The translations under genes were made by a program, and so were the position numbers. The notes below the pieces were generated by a model. The model worked only from the letters and a program-made list of their open reading frames with translations. It ran no database searches and was not told the DNA's origin. Positions 49,099 through 58,427 of a stretch of 64,000 nucleotides of DNA are shown here, in pieces (the first letter of the stretch is position 1; every line of letters begins with the position of its first letter). The DNA lies in contig JAUQQC010000005.1 of the NCBI GenBank assembly GCA_030550025.1, forward strand, positions 138,857 to 202,856. Direction: 5' to 3'. The DNA is from Acidobacteriota bacterium. GTDB taxonomy: Bacteria > Acidobacteriota > Blastocatellia > HR10.

Positions 49099-51557
49099 GC
49101 GGGATCGGAGGTTCTGAGCCGGCGCCGAACGCGCGTGCGGCGCGCTTCGGTTTCCTGCTGGCCCTCCTGCTCCCCCTCCTCCTCTTCGGCTTCCTTCGCT
49201 TCGCGGGCCAGCTCGCGCAGACGCTTGTCCACCAGATAGTTCACCGTCCCTTCGGGGAACTGTCCGTCCTCATCCCGCTCCCCGGCAGGCAAGCCTGTGA
49301 ACAGCTCCAGCGCTTCGTCTACCGTCTGGATGGCATAGATGTGGAATTTCCCCTCGCGCACGGCCTCGACGACCTCTTTGCGCAGCATGAGGTTCTTCAC
49401 ATTCTGATGCGGGATGACGACGCCTTGGTCGCCGGTCAATCCCTTCGCTTTGCAGACGTAGAAGAAGCCCTCGATCTTCTCGTTCACGCCGCCGATGGGC
49501 TGGATTTGTCCCTTCTGGTTGATGGAGCCCGTGATGGCGAGATTCTGCTTGAGAGGGACGCCCGCGAGACTCGACAGTAGTGCGAGCAGCTCGGCAGCCG
49601 ATGCGCTGTCGCCTTCCACTAGCTCGTACGACTGCTCGAATCCGAGGCTCGCGGCCAAGCTGAGTGGTTTGTCCTGCGCATAGCGCGCCCCCAGGTATCC
49701 GCTCAGGATGAAGACGCCTTTATCGTGGATGCTGCCGCTCAAGCGCGCGCGCCGTTCGATGTTGATGACCCCCTCGCGCCCCATGAAGGTCTGGCAGGTG
49801 ATCCGCGAGGGCTTTCCGAATGCATAATCGCCCAGATGAATGACGGCGAGGCCATTGATCTGCCCCACGACGGCTCCCTGCACGTCCACGAGGATGTCGC
49901 CGCGCGCGATCATCTCCAGGACGCGCTCCTCAATACGATTGGAGCGGAAGATCTTCTCCTCGATCGCACGCTCGACGTGCGCGCGCTCGATGTAGAAGCT
50001 CCCTTCTTGTTCCGCCCAGTAGTTTGCCTCACGCACGATGTCCGAGATCTCCCCAAACCGCGTCGAGAGCTTCGTCTGATCCTCCGCCAGCCGCGAACTA
50101 TATTCGATGATCGCCGCCACGGCATTGCGATCCAGGTGGCGCAGCCCCTCTCGATCGCAACAGGATTTGAGGAAATAGGCATATTGGGCGAGATTCTCCG
50201 GCGTGCGATCCATCTGGGTGTCAAAGTCGGCCTTCACCTTGAAGAGCTTGCGGAAGTCTTCGTCGTAGATGTAGAGGAGATAATGCAAGAGCGGGCTGCC
50301 AATAAGGGCGACTTTCACGTCCACCTTAATCGGCTCCGGGCGCAAGCCTGTGGCGCTCACAAGCCCATAGTGCGTGGCCACGTCCTCGATGCGGACCTCC
50401 CCGGTTTCGAGAGCGCGCTTGAGGGCATCCCACACAAAGGGGTATCGCAGGACATCCATAGCTTCGACGACGAGGAACCCGCCGTTGGCGCGCAGAAGCG
50501 ATCCCGCTTTGACCTTGGTGAAATCCGTCACGAGCGCGCCCAACCGCACTTCGCGCTCGATCGTGCCGAACATGTTCGTGTACGTGGGATTCGGCTCGAA
50601 GACGATGGGGGCGCCACGTGTAGCGGAATTGTCCACGAGCACGTTCACCTGATATTCGACGAAACTCGCCCGCTCATCGAGCCGAAGTCCGTGGGGTTCG
50701 ACCGGAGGCCGCGGGCGAAACTTCTCGCGCTCCTGCAAGACGTTCTCCTGCACCTCTTCCAGATAGTCGAGGATCTCCGGGTAATTGGCGTATTTCAGCC
50801 GCAGACCGTCAATGAGCCGTTTCACGACGAACAGGAGCGTCCACCGCTCTAATTCCTCCGTCTTCTCGCGCGCCTCGCGCTCCATGGTGCGCACGCGATC
50901 GAGCAGCTCGGCGACTTGCTCATTGAACTGCTCCATCTTCTGCCGCACCTGCTCTTTGGTCGTTTCATCGAGCGCCTCGTATTCCTCTTGCGTGAGGGGC
51001 TTCCCGTTATGGATGAGGACGGTCATGATCCCCGCAGGCGTGACGCGCAGTTGAATGCCCTCGCGGCTAGCCCGTCGCTCCAGCTCTTCAAAGAGAGCGG
51101 CGCTCTGTCGTTGATACTCGCGCATGATCCCGGCCTGCTGCTCCTGGTACTCCTTGCTTTCGAGCGCTCTCGGGATTTCTCGCTTGAGCTGCTCGACGAG
51201 CCCCTCCATATCGCGCTTCAACTGCCGCCCCATTCCGGCCGGCAAGTAGAGGGCGCGTGGCCGATCCGGATCGCGGAAATTCTGCACCAGGCAGATATCG
51301 CCCGGCACAGGCCGATCTCGGGCGATGTCCTCCAGCATCGCGTGCATCAGGCTCGTCTTGCCTGTCCCCGGCGGTCCCGTGAGGAAGAGATTGTATCCAT
51401 GGCTCCTCATCCGCAGGCCGAAGTGAATGGCCGAGACGGCGCGCTTCTGCCCGATGAACCCCTCGGGAGGGGGCAGATGTTCGGTCGTCTCGAAATCGAA
51501 AGCATTCGGATCACACGCGCGATATACTTCCTCCGCCGAAAGGCGTCGCCACGCCAT
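49095..51557 (-). CDS. Lon-like ATP-dependent protease (AAA+ domain with long insertion + Lon proteolytic domain)
   Basis: ORF track 820 aa. Walker A LFLTGPPGTGKTSLMH, large helical insertion, C-terminal Lon protease domain with Ser region EGDSASAAELLALLSSL and downstream Lys, acidic tail. Confidence 0.75.
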   Translation of the reverse strand: MAWRRLSAEEVYRACDPNAFDFETTEHLPPPEGFIGQKRAVSAIHFGLRMRSHGYNLFLTGPPGTGKTSLMHAMLEDIARDRPVPGDICLVQNFRDPDRPRALYLPAGMGRQLKRDMEGLVEQLKREIPRALESKEYQEQQAGIMREYQRQSAALFEELERRASREGIQLRVTPAGIMTVLIHNGKPLTQEEYEALDETTKEQVRQKMEQFNEQVAELLDRVRTMEREAREKTEELERWTLLFVVKRLIDGLRLKYANYPEILDYLEEVQENVLQEREKFRPRPPVEPHGLRLDERASFVEYQVNVLVDNSATRGAPIVFEPNPTYTNMFGTIEREVRLGALVTDFTKVKAGSLLRANGGFLVVEAMDVLRYPFVWDALKRALETGEVRIEDVATHYGLVSATGLRPEPIKVDVKVALIGSPLLHYLLYIYDEDFRKLFKVKADFDTQMDRTPENLAQYAYFLKSCCDREGLRHLDRNAVAAIIEYSSRLAEDQTKLSTRFGEISDIVREANYWAEQEGSFYIERAHVERAIEEKIFRSNRIEERVLEMIARGDILVDVQGAVVGQINGLAVIHLGDYAFGKPSRITCQTFMGREGVINIERRARLSGSIHDKGVFILSGYLGARYAQDKPLSLAASLGFEQSYELVEGDSASAAELLALLSSLAGVPLKQNLAITGSINQKGQIQPIGGVNEKIEGFFYVCKAKGLTGDQGVVIPHQNVKNLMLRKEVVEAVREGKFHIYAIQTVDEALELFTGLPAGERDEDGQFPEGTVNYLVDKRLRELAREAKEAEEEEGEQEGQQETEARRTRVRRRLRTSDPA

Positions 51558-51663
51558 ATCAGCTCACCCTCCTTGTTCGCATATGGCTACCCGATGAGCG
51601 AATAAGCTTACACGAGACGGCGGGGAGAACGAAGCCCAAAACAGAGGCGGTGCGCGGAGATGA

Positions 51664-51693
51664 TTGACCGGTGCGCGTCGTCGCGTCTACAAT
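51664..51693 (+). promoter_or_regulatory. candidate sigma70-type promoter (TTGACC-18-TACAAT)
   Basis: TTGACC at 51664-51669 and TACAAT at 51688-51693; predicted start site ~51700, only a few nt before the ATG at 51707. Confidence 0.4.
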
Positions 51694-51706
51694 TTCCCCT
51701 CGCAGT

Positions 51707-52531
51707 ATGGATCGCATGGACCTACTACTTGTGGGCGCGCTGATCGCGTATGTCCTCGCGTTTCTCCAGCTCGTGGTGAGCGTGTGGTGGGATGAAGCGG
51801 GTCTCCGAAGAGGGCTCCTCCTGCTCTCCATAGGTGCAGGGCTCGGAGGGCACACCGTGTGGCTCGTGCGCGCGGCGCTGCAGTTCGGGCATCTGCCGAT
51901 CATCAGCACGCAAGAGGTCTTCGCGTTCTTGGCGTGGGCGATCGCCGTCTACTACCTCATCCTGCGGCGAACTCACCGTCGGGCCGATGTGCTGGGGCTC
52001 TTTGTGCTACCGATCATCGCGCTCTTCGTGCTGGTGGCGCTGGTCTCCACGGGCTTCAAGCTCCTGCCGGAGGAGTTGGAAGATGTCCTGCGCATGCCCG
52101 CGTTGCCTCTGCACATTGGCTTCATGATGCTCGCCTATGCCGGCTTCCTCCTGGCCTTCCTCGCCGCGCTGATGTACCTGTTGCAAGAGCGCGAGCTGAA
52201 GCGCAAGCGGTTGGGCGCCATCTATCGCTATTTCCCATCCCTCTCCGCATGCGAGGCACTCGGTCACCGATCGCTCCTTTTTGGATTCCTCATGCTCACG
52301 CTCGGGATTGGGACGGGGATCATCCTGCTGCATCGGAGTGACCCGATCTTCTGGCGGGGCGACCCGATCATCGTGCTCGCGTTTGTCACCTGGCTCTTCT
52401 ATCTCGTCGTCGTGCACTATCGTCTGGCGGCGGGCTGGCGCGGGCGCCGCGCGGCGATGCTGCTGATCGTGGGGTTCTTGGCGACGGCCGCGACGTTCGT
52501 GAGCGCTCGCCTCTTCGGACACATCTTATGA
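51707..52531 (+). CDS. CcsA/HemX-like cytochrome c assembly family membrane protein upstream of hemA
   Basis: ORF track 51671..52531. ATG at 51707 (MDRMDLLLVGALIAY...) chosen because the GTG at 51671 lies inside the predicted promoter. 8 predicted TMs; Trp-rich helix FAFLAWAIAVYY. Confidence 0.65.
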   Translation: MDRMDLLLVGALIAYVLAFLQLVVSVWWDEAGLRRGLLLLSIGAGLGGHTVWLVRAALQFGHLPIISTQEVFAFLAWAIAVYYLILRRTHRRADVLGLFVLPIIALFVLVALVSTGFKLLPEELEDVLRMPALPLHIGFMMLAYAGFLLAFLAALMYLLQERELKRKRLGAIYRYFPSLSACEALGHRSLLFGFLMLTLGIGTGIILLHRSDPIFWRGDPIIVLAFVTWLFYLVVVHYRLAAGWRGRRAAMLLIVGFLATAATFVSARLFGHIL

Positions 52532-53832
52532 CGATCGTCCTCGTGGGATTGAATCACCGCACGGCACCCGTCGAGGTGCGCGAGCGCCTGGCGTTCGCCG
52601 AGGAGGAGTTGCCGCAGGCCCTGCGGCAACTGGTGGATGGCACGACGATCACCGAGGGCTTGATCCTCTCCACGTGCAACCGCGTCGAGGTGCTCGCCGT
52701 GACGCCGCGAGCCGAACGCGCGGCCGTCGAGCGCATTCGCGCCTTCCTCTGCGAGTGGCATCGCGTTCCGCCGGATGCCTACGAAGCCGCGCTCTACCGA
52801 TATGTGGATCGCGACGCCGTGCGACACGTGTTTCGCGTCGTGGCGAGCTTGGATTCGATGGTCCTCGGGGAGCCGCAGATCTTCGGACAGGTGAAAGAAG
52901 CGTATGCGCAGGCCGTCGCTGCGGGCACCGTGGGCAAGACCTTACATCTGCTGCTGCCGCGCGCCTTCTCCGTGGCCAAACGGGTGCGTACGGAGACGGC
53001 CATTGGGACCGCCACCGTCTCGGTCAGCTCCGTCGCTGTGGAACTGGCGCGGAAGATCTTCGAAGACCTCGAAGGACGAACGGTCCTGCTCATCGGAGCG
53101 GGCAAGATGGCCGAGTTGACCGTGCGGCATCTTCTGGCTGCCGGCGTCCGAAATCTGCTCATCAGCAATCGCACGCAGGAGCGTGCCGAGCGGCTCGCGG
53201 CCCAATTCCCAGCGGAAGTGCTCTCGCTCGAAGCCCTCCCAATCCATCTGGCACGGGCAGACATCGTCATCTGCTCGGTCGGCGGAACCGACTACGTGCT
53301 TCGGCGCGAGCAGGTGGCCGCCGCCATGCCCGTGCGGCGCAATCGTCCTCTGTTCCTCATTGACATCTCCGTCCCGCGCATGATCGAGCCAAGCGCAGGT
53401 CAGCTGGAGAACGTCTTCCTCTACGACATTGACGACCTGGAACAAATCGTCCGCACGAATTTGGAACATCGCCGATATGAGGCGGCGCGCGCCGAAGTCA
53501 TCGTGGATCACGCCGTGGAAGAGTTCATGGCGTCGCTCCGTCGCTTAGAAGTCGGCCCGCTGATCGCGGCTTTTCGCCGCCGCTTGGAAGAGATCGCTTA
53601 TGGCGAATTGGAGCGCCATCGGCGGTATCTCGGTCCGCTCACCCCGGAGCAGGAGCGCGCGCTGCGCCATCTGCTCGAAGGCATCGTCAACAAGTTCGCC
53701 CATCCGGCGATCGCGCGATTGCATCAAGCGGCTCGTGAAGGGACGCTGCGCTCGGAAGAGCTGAACCTGCTCGAGCTGTGGGGGGATATCGTGGATGCGC
53801 GAGAGCGCCGGTCGTCGTCCTCATCGGAGTGA
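52528..53832 (+). CDS. hemA: glutamyl-tRNA reductase
   Basis: ORF track 434 aa. MTIVLVGLNHRTAPVEVRERL, catalytic Cys in STCNRVEV, NADPH-binding LLIGAGKMAEL. Confidence 0.9.
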   Translation: MTIVLVGLNHRTAPVEVRERLAFAEEELPQALRQLVDGTTITEGLILSTCNRVEVLAVTPRAERAAVERIRAFLCEWHRVPPDAYEAALYRYVDRDAVRHVFRVVASLDSMVLGEPQIFGQVKEAYAQAVAAGTVGKTLHLLLPRAFSVAKRVRTETAIGTATVSVSSVAVELARKIFEDLEGRTVLLIGAGKMAELTVRHLLAAGVRNLLISNRTQERAERLAAQFPAEVLSLEALPIHLARADIVICSVGGTDYVLRREQVAAAMPVRRNRPLFLIDISVPRMIEPSAGQLENVFLYDIDDLEQIVRTNLEHRRYEAARAEVIVDHAVEEFMASLRRLEVGPLIAAFRRRLEEIAYGELERHRRYLGPLTPEQERALRHLLEGIVNKFAHPAIARLHQAAREGTLRSEELNLLELWGDIVDARERRSSSSSE

Positions 53833-53838
53833 TCCCAG

Positions 53839-54768
53839 ATGAAGCGTTCGTCCTTCGTCATCGGATCGCGCGGGAGCGCGCTCGCACTTCGTCAAGCGGA
53901 GATCGTTCGCGCGCGACTCGCCGCCCACTATCCGCACCTCACGCTCTCGCTGAAGATCATTCGCACCAGCGGCGATCGCATCACGGACCACCCCCTCGCG
54001 GCGTTCGGCGGCAAGGGACTCTTCATCAAGGAGCTGGAAGAAGCGCTGCGGGCGAAGGAGATCGATCTCGCCGTCCACAGCTTGAAAGACGTGACGGCTG
54101 AGCTTCCCGAAGGGCTTCATCTGGCGGCCATCCTCGAGCGCGAGGATCCGCGCGATGCCCTCGTCACGCGGACGGGAGAGGGGACGGTGTACGCACTTCC
54201 CGAAGGTGCGATCGTGGGCACAAGCAGCGTGCGCCGTCTGGCGCAGTTGCGCGCGCTGCGCCCCGATCTCGACATCCGCCCCTTGCGCGGGAATGTGGAT
54301 ACGCGCTTGCGAAAACTCGACGAGGGGCAGTATGAGGCGATCATCCTGGCTGCGGCCGGGCTTGTGCGCCTCGGTCTGGACGCGCGCATCGCCGAGCGCA
54401 TCCCCACCGAGGTGATGATCCCGGCCATCGGGCAAGGGGCGATCGCCGTGGAGACGCGCGTTGAGGATGAGGAGATCAACGCGTTGCTGGCGCCGCTTGA
54501 TCATCCGCCGACGCGCGCGGCGACGATGGCAGAGCGCGCGTTCTTGCAACGGCTCGGGGGAGGATGCCACGTTCCAATCGCCGCGTATGCCGAGATCGCT
54601 CCGGACGATCCCGCTCAACTCCTTCTGCGCGGGATGATCGCGAGCCCCGACGGCGCGCGCCTGTTGAAAGCCGAGGCCACCGGCCCCATGATGGAGGCCG
54701 TCGCCCTCGGGTATCACCTCGCCGAACGCCTCATCGCCGAAGGCGCCCTCGCGCTCCTTCACGCGTGA
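53839..54768 (+). CDS. hemC: hydroxymethylbilane synthase (porphobilinogen deaminase)
   Basis: ORF track 309 aa. IGSRGSALALRQAE N-terminus and cofactor-binding Cys region GGGCHVPIAAYA. Confidence 0.9.
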   Translation: MKRSSFVIGSRGSALALRQAEIVRARLAAHYPHLTLSLKIIRTSGDRITDHPLAAFGGKGLFIKELEEALRAKEIDLAVHSLKDVTAELPEGLHLAAILEREDPRDALVTRTGEGTVYALPEGAIVGTSSVRRLAQLRALRPDLDIRPLRGNVDTRLRKLDEGQYEAIILAAAGLVRLGLDARIAERIPTEVMIPAIGQGAIAVETRVEDEEINALLAPLDHPPTRAATMAERAFLQRLGGGCHVPIAAYAEIAPDDPAQLLLRGMIASPDGARLLKAEATGPMMEAVALGYHLAERLIAEGALALLHA

Positions 54769-54769
54769 A

Positions 54770-56134
54770 TCAGCGTCCCAGAGCGTAGCGGAGCGCGAAG
54801 AGGACGGAGAAGAGATAAAGGAACCAATGGACTTCGCGCCCCCGTCCGGCCGCCAACTTCACCAGTGCATAGGAGATGAAGCCGAAGGCGATCCCATCGG
54901 TGACGCTCAACGAGAGCGGCATCGTGATCATCGTCAAGAAGGCGGGGATCGCTTCCGTCATCTCCTCCCACGGAATGCGCGCCGCTTCCTTCATCATGAG
55001 CGTACCGACGAGGATGAGGGCAGGAGCGATGACCGGATAGAGCGTCGCCCCTTGAGGGGTGTGATACCCCCCACCGATCATCCGCACGAGGGGGTAGAAG
55101 AAGAGCGAGAGCAGAAAGAGCATGGCCGTCACCAGATTCGCCAATCCCGTTCGCCCGCCAGCGGCCACCCCCGTCGCGCTCTCAATATAGGCGGTGACCG
55201 TCGAAGTCCCGAGCACGGCCCCCCCCACCGTACCGACCGCGTCGGCCAGAAGCGCCTGGCGAGCGCGCGGCAACACGCCATTGCGCAACAAGCCCGCTTG
55301 TCCGGCGACCCCCACTAGAGTCCCCACCGAATCGAAGAGCGCTAGGAAGAAGAAGACGAAGATTGCCTCCAGCATCTGCGGCCGCAGCGCACCGAGCACA
55401 TCTAGCCGAAACAACGTCGGTGTGAGCGAGGGCGGACGACTGATGATCCCATGATACTGAACGAGCCCGAAAAGGAGCCCGACGGCCGTGGTCACCAGAA
55501 TCCCCCACAGCACTGCCCCGCGAATGCCGCGAGCGAAGAGCACCGCCATCGTCGCGAGCCCGAAGAGGGAGAGCAGGACGGGTGGCGATTTCACCTCCCC
55601 CAGGGTCACCAATGTCTCCGGCGACGCGACGATCAACCCCGCCCAGTGCAGGCCGATCGTGGCGATGAGTAATCCGATGCCTGCGGCGATCGCATGCTTG
55701 AGCGATGCCGGAATCGCGGTGATGAGCCGCTCGCGCAGTCCGATCCCCGCCGTGAGGATGAAGACGATCCCGGCCAGAGCGACGGCGCCCAAGGCGATCG
55801 TCCACGGCACGCGCATCCCCAGGACGACCGTGTAGACGAAGAAGAAATTGTGACCCATGGCCGGGGCTACAGCAATCGGATAATTGGCCCAAAAGGCCAT
55901 GAGCAGCGTCGCCCCCGCGCTCGCCAAACACGTCGCCACGAGCACAGCACCGAAATCCATTCCCGCAGCGCTCAAGACGGCCGGCTGAACGAAGATGATG
56001 TAGGCCATCGTCAGGAAAGTCGTCACGCCGGCGAGCATTTCCGTTCGCACCGTCGTCCCCTGCTCGCTCAGATGGAACCATCGCTCCAGAAGCGCGAGTC
56101 CCAGACCTCCCGCCAAACGCGCCTTCGGTTGCAC
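54770..56134 (-). CDS. AzgA-type purine permease (NCS2 family)
   Basis: Track ORF 54770..56953 trimmed to GTG at 56132-56134, 6 nt after CGGGAGGGGGAG. ...LLERWFHLSEQGTTVRTEMLAGVTTFLTMAYIIFVQP is the AzgA N-terminal hallmark; ~454 aa. Confidence 0.75.
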   Translation of the reverse strand: MQPKARLAGGLGLALLERWFHLSEQGTTVRTEMLAGVTTFLTMAYIIFVQPAVLSAAGMDFGAVLVATCLASAGATLLMAFWANYPIAVAPAMGHNFFFVYTVVLGMRVPWTIALGAVALAGIVFILTAGIGLRERLITAIPASLKHAIAAGIGLLIATIGLHWAGLIVASPETLVTLGEVKSPPVLLSLFGLATMAVLFARGIRGAVLWGILVTTAVGLLFGLVQYHGIISRPPSLTPTLFRLDVLGALRPQMLEAIFVFFFLALFDSVGTLVGVAGQAGLLRNGVLPRARQALLADAVGTVGGAVLGTSTVTAYIESATGVAAGGRTGLANLVTAMLFLLSLFFYPLVRMIGGGYHTPQGATLYPVIAPALILVGTLMMKEAARIPWEEMTEAIPAFLTMITMPLSLSVTDGIAFGFISYALVKLAAGRGREVHWFLYLFSVLFALRYALGR

Positions 56135-56227
56135 GTCGTCTCCCCCTCCCGCGTCCTCTCGCCATCTCACGGCAGAGCGAGTATAGTACACAGCGTTCTG
56201 CGAGATTTTCAACGAGGGAGGGGAGCG

Positions 56228-57220
56228 ATGCGAACGCGACAGCTCTCGCATGGAGCGATCCGCATCCTGATCGCTCTCGGAATCCTGCTGGCCTTCGTGC
56301 ATGCGGCGCGCGCGGAAGTGCACCGGTTCAAGCCGACGATCGGCTATCCCACATTCGCGCGGCGCGAACCGGTCTTGCGCCTCCGTCCGGGCGACATCGT
56401 TGAGACGGAGACGCTCTGGGGAGAATGGTACGAGCGCCCCGGGGGGAAATGGCCGGGCGAGGTCGGTCCCTTCTATATCGAAGGGGCGACACCCAACGAC
56501 ACGCTTGTGGTGAAGATCCTGCGCCTCAGGCCCAATCGCGACATCGCCATCTCCACCCATAATCCGACCTTCGGCCTGCTGGCCGCCGATCGGTGGACGC
56601 CGATGCTGACCGATCCAATTCCCGCCCGGCGCTTCGTTTGGCGGCTCGATCGGGAGCGGATGACGGCGACGTTGGAGCTGCCCGGCAGTCGAATGAAACG
56701 GATCGAGGTCAAGCTCTCCCCCATGCTCGGACGCGTGGCTGTTGCCCCTCCAGGCGAAGAGTCGTTCGATGGACTGTGGCCGGGGAACTTCGGCGGCAAT
56801 ATGGACGCACCTGATGTGCGCGAGGGAACGACCGTGTACTTGCCGATCTTTCACGAGGGCGCGCTCTTTTACTTCGGCGACGGGCACGCGCTTCAGGGGG
56901 ACGGGGAGATCTGTGGCTCTGGATTGGAGACGACCATGGAGGTCACTTTCCAATTCGACCTCATCAAGGGGAAGAAGATCGCCTGGCCGCGCTTGGAAGA
57001 CGACGAGTTCATCATGGTGGCCGGGAGCGTACGGCCGCTCGTGGATGCCGTGCGCATCGCGTGCGTGGAGTTAGTCCGATGGCTCGTCGAAGACTACGGC
57101 TTCGAGAAATGGGAAGCCTTGCAGATCGTCTCGCAACTGGCGGTGCTGCGCGTGGCCAACGTCGTGGATCCGCACTACACGGTCGTCGCGAAATTCCCGA
57201 AGAGATACCTCCCGCGGTGA
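56228..57220 (+). CDS. acetamidase/formamidase-family protein with signal peptide
   Basis: ATG at 56228 with GGGAGGGGAG RBS, in frame with track ORF 55694..57220. Signal peptide MRTRQLSHGAIRILIALGILLAFVHAARA; family assignment from overall resemblance, moderate certainty. Confidence 0.55.
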   Translation: MRTRQLSHGAIRILIALGILLAFVHAARAEVHRFKPTIGYPTFARREPVLRLRPGDIVETETLWGEWYERPGGKWPGEVGPFYIEGATPNDTLVVKILRLRPNRDIAISTHNPTFGLLAADRWTPMLTDPIPARRFVWRLDRERMTATLELPGSRMKRIEVKLSPMLGRVAVAPPGEESFDGLWPGNFGGNMDAPDVREGTTVYLPIFHEGALFYFGDGHALQGDGEICGSGLETTMEVTFQFDLIKGKKIAWPRLEDDEFIMVAGSVRPLVDAVRIACVELVRWLVEDYGFEKWEALQIVSQLAVLRVANVVDPHYTVVAKFPKRYLPR

Positions 57221-57239
57221 TCGCGCCACGATGGCGCCG

Positions 57240-58427
57240 TTATCGTCGCGCGGGGCGAAGCGCTTCGCGAAGCACCCGCGCGATCCGCACGACGTCTTTC
57301 TCCCGCAGCTCGGGATATAAGGGGAGCGAGAGGACCGTCCGCGCGCACGCTTCGGCGACGGGAAAATCGCCCGGGGCATATCCGAGATGCCGATATGCCG
57401 GCTGCAAGTGTAACGGCACAGGATAATGCACGGCCGCCCCGATCCCCTGCTCGTTCAGCGCTTGTCGAACGCGATCCCGATCGGGAACGCGGATGACGAA
57501 GAGGTGATAGACGTGCCGCGCATAGGGCATCTCTTCGGGGAGCGTGATCTCCTCCACGTCCGAGAGCTTCTGCCGATATAAAGCGACCAACTCCCGCCGC
57601 CGCTCATTCCATCGGTCGAGATACCGAAGCTTCGCGCGAAGGATGGCCGCTTGCAAGGCATCGAGCCGATAGTTGAACCCTTCTTCGAGATGCCACGGCC
57701 CATCGCCACGCCCGTTGTTGACGAGGCAGCGCAGCCGCGCCACCCACGCGCTGTTCCGCGTCACAACGGCTCCGGCCTCCCCATACGCGCCGAGATTCTT
57801 GCTCGGATAAAAGCTGAAGCAGCCGATGTCGCCCAGGCTCCCGGCCTTGGCCGATGGTGAATTCGCTTCGCCGCAATATTCTGCTCCGTGCGCTTGTGCG
57901 GCGTCTTCGACCACGCGGAGATTATAACGGCGGGCCAGCTCCAGGATCGGTCGCATATTGGCCATCTGACCATAGAGATGAACCGGCACGATCGCTTTCA
58001 GCCGCCGCCACGTCGTCCGATTCACCAAGTATCCGATCCGCTCATTGAACGCGTACTCGCGCTCGATCTTCTCCACGAGTTTCGCGACATCGAGCGTGTA
58101 AGAGCGCGGCTCAATATCCACGAAGACCGGGCGCGCGCCCGTGCGCGTGATCTCGGAGACGGTCGCGATGAAGGTGAAGGGAACGGTGATGACCTCATCG
58201 CCCGGCCCAATGCCGAGCACGAGCATCGCCAGATGCAGGGCGGCCGCCCCTGAGGCCGTCCCCACCGCGTGCGGGACACCACAGTAGGCGGCCCATTCGC
58301 GCTCGAAGCGCGCCACCTCCTCTCCCAGGACGAATTGCCCAGACTTCAGAACACGCTTGATCGCCGAATGGATACGCTTTCGGATGGCTCGGTGCTGCCG
58401 CCGAAGGTCAACGAGTGGGATTCGCAA
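57240..58427 (-). CDS. DegT/DnrJ/EryC1/StrS-family sugar aminotransferase
   Basis: Track ORF 57240..58493 trimmed to TTG at 58425-58427, 5 nt after GGAGGAG, giving N-terminus (M)RIPLVDLRRQH typical of the family. PLP-lysine region CFSFYPSKNLGAYGEAGAV. Confidence 0.75.
   Translation of the reverse strand: MRIPLVDLRRQHRAIRKRIHSAIKRVLKSGQFVLGEEVARFEREWAAYCGVPHAVGTASGAAALHLAMLVLGIGPGDEVITVPFTFIATVSEITRTGARPVFVDIEPRSYTLDVAKLVEKIEREYAFNERIGYLVNRTTWRRLKAIVPVHLYGQMANMRPILELARRYNLRVVEDAAQAHGAEYCGEANSPSAKAGSLGDIGCFSFYPSKNLGAYGEAGAVVTRNSAWVARLRCLVNNGRGDGPWHLEEGFNYRLDALQAAILRAKLRYLDRWNERRRELVALYRQKLSDVEEITLPEEMPYARHVYHLFVIRVPDRDRVRQALNEQGIGAAVHYPVPLHLQPAYRHLGYAPGDFPVAEACARTVLSLPLYPELREKDVVRIARVLREALRPARR

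Noticed and set aside
51671-51706. GTG start for the hemX-like gene as drawn in the ORF track
   Set aside because: The GTG lies inside the predicted TTGACC-18-TACAAT promoter, so it would not be on the transcript; the ATG at 51707 is preferred.
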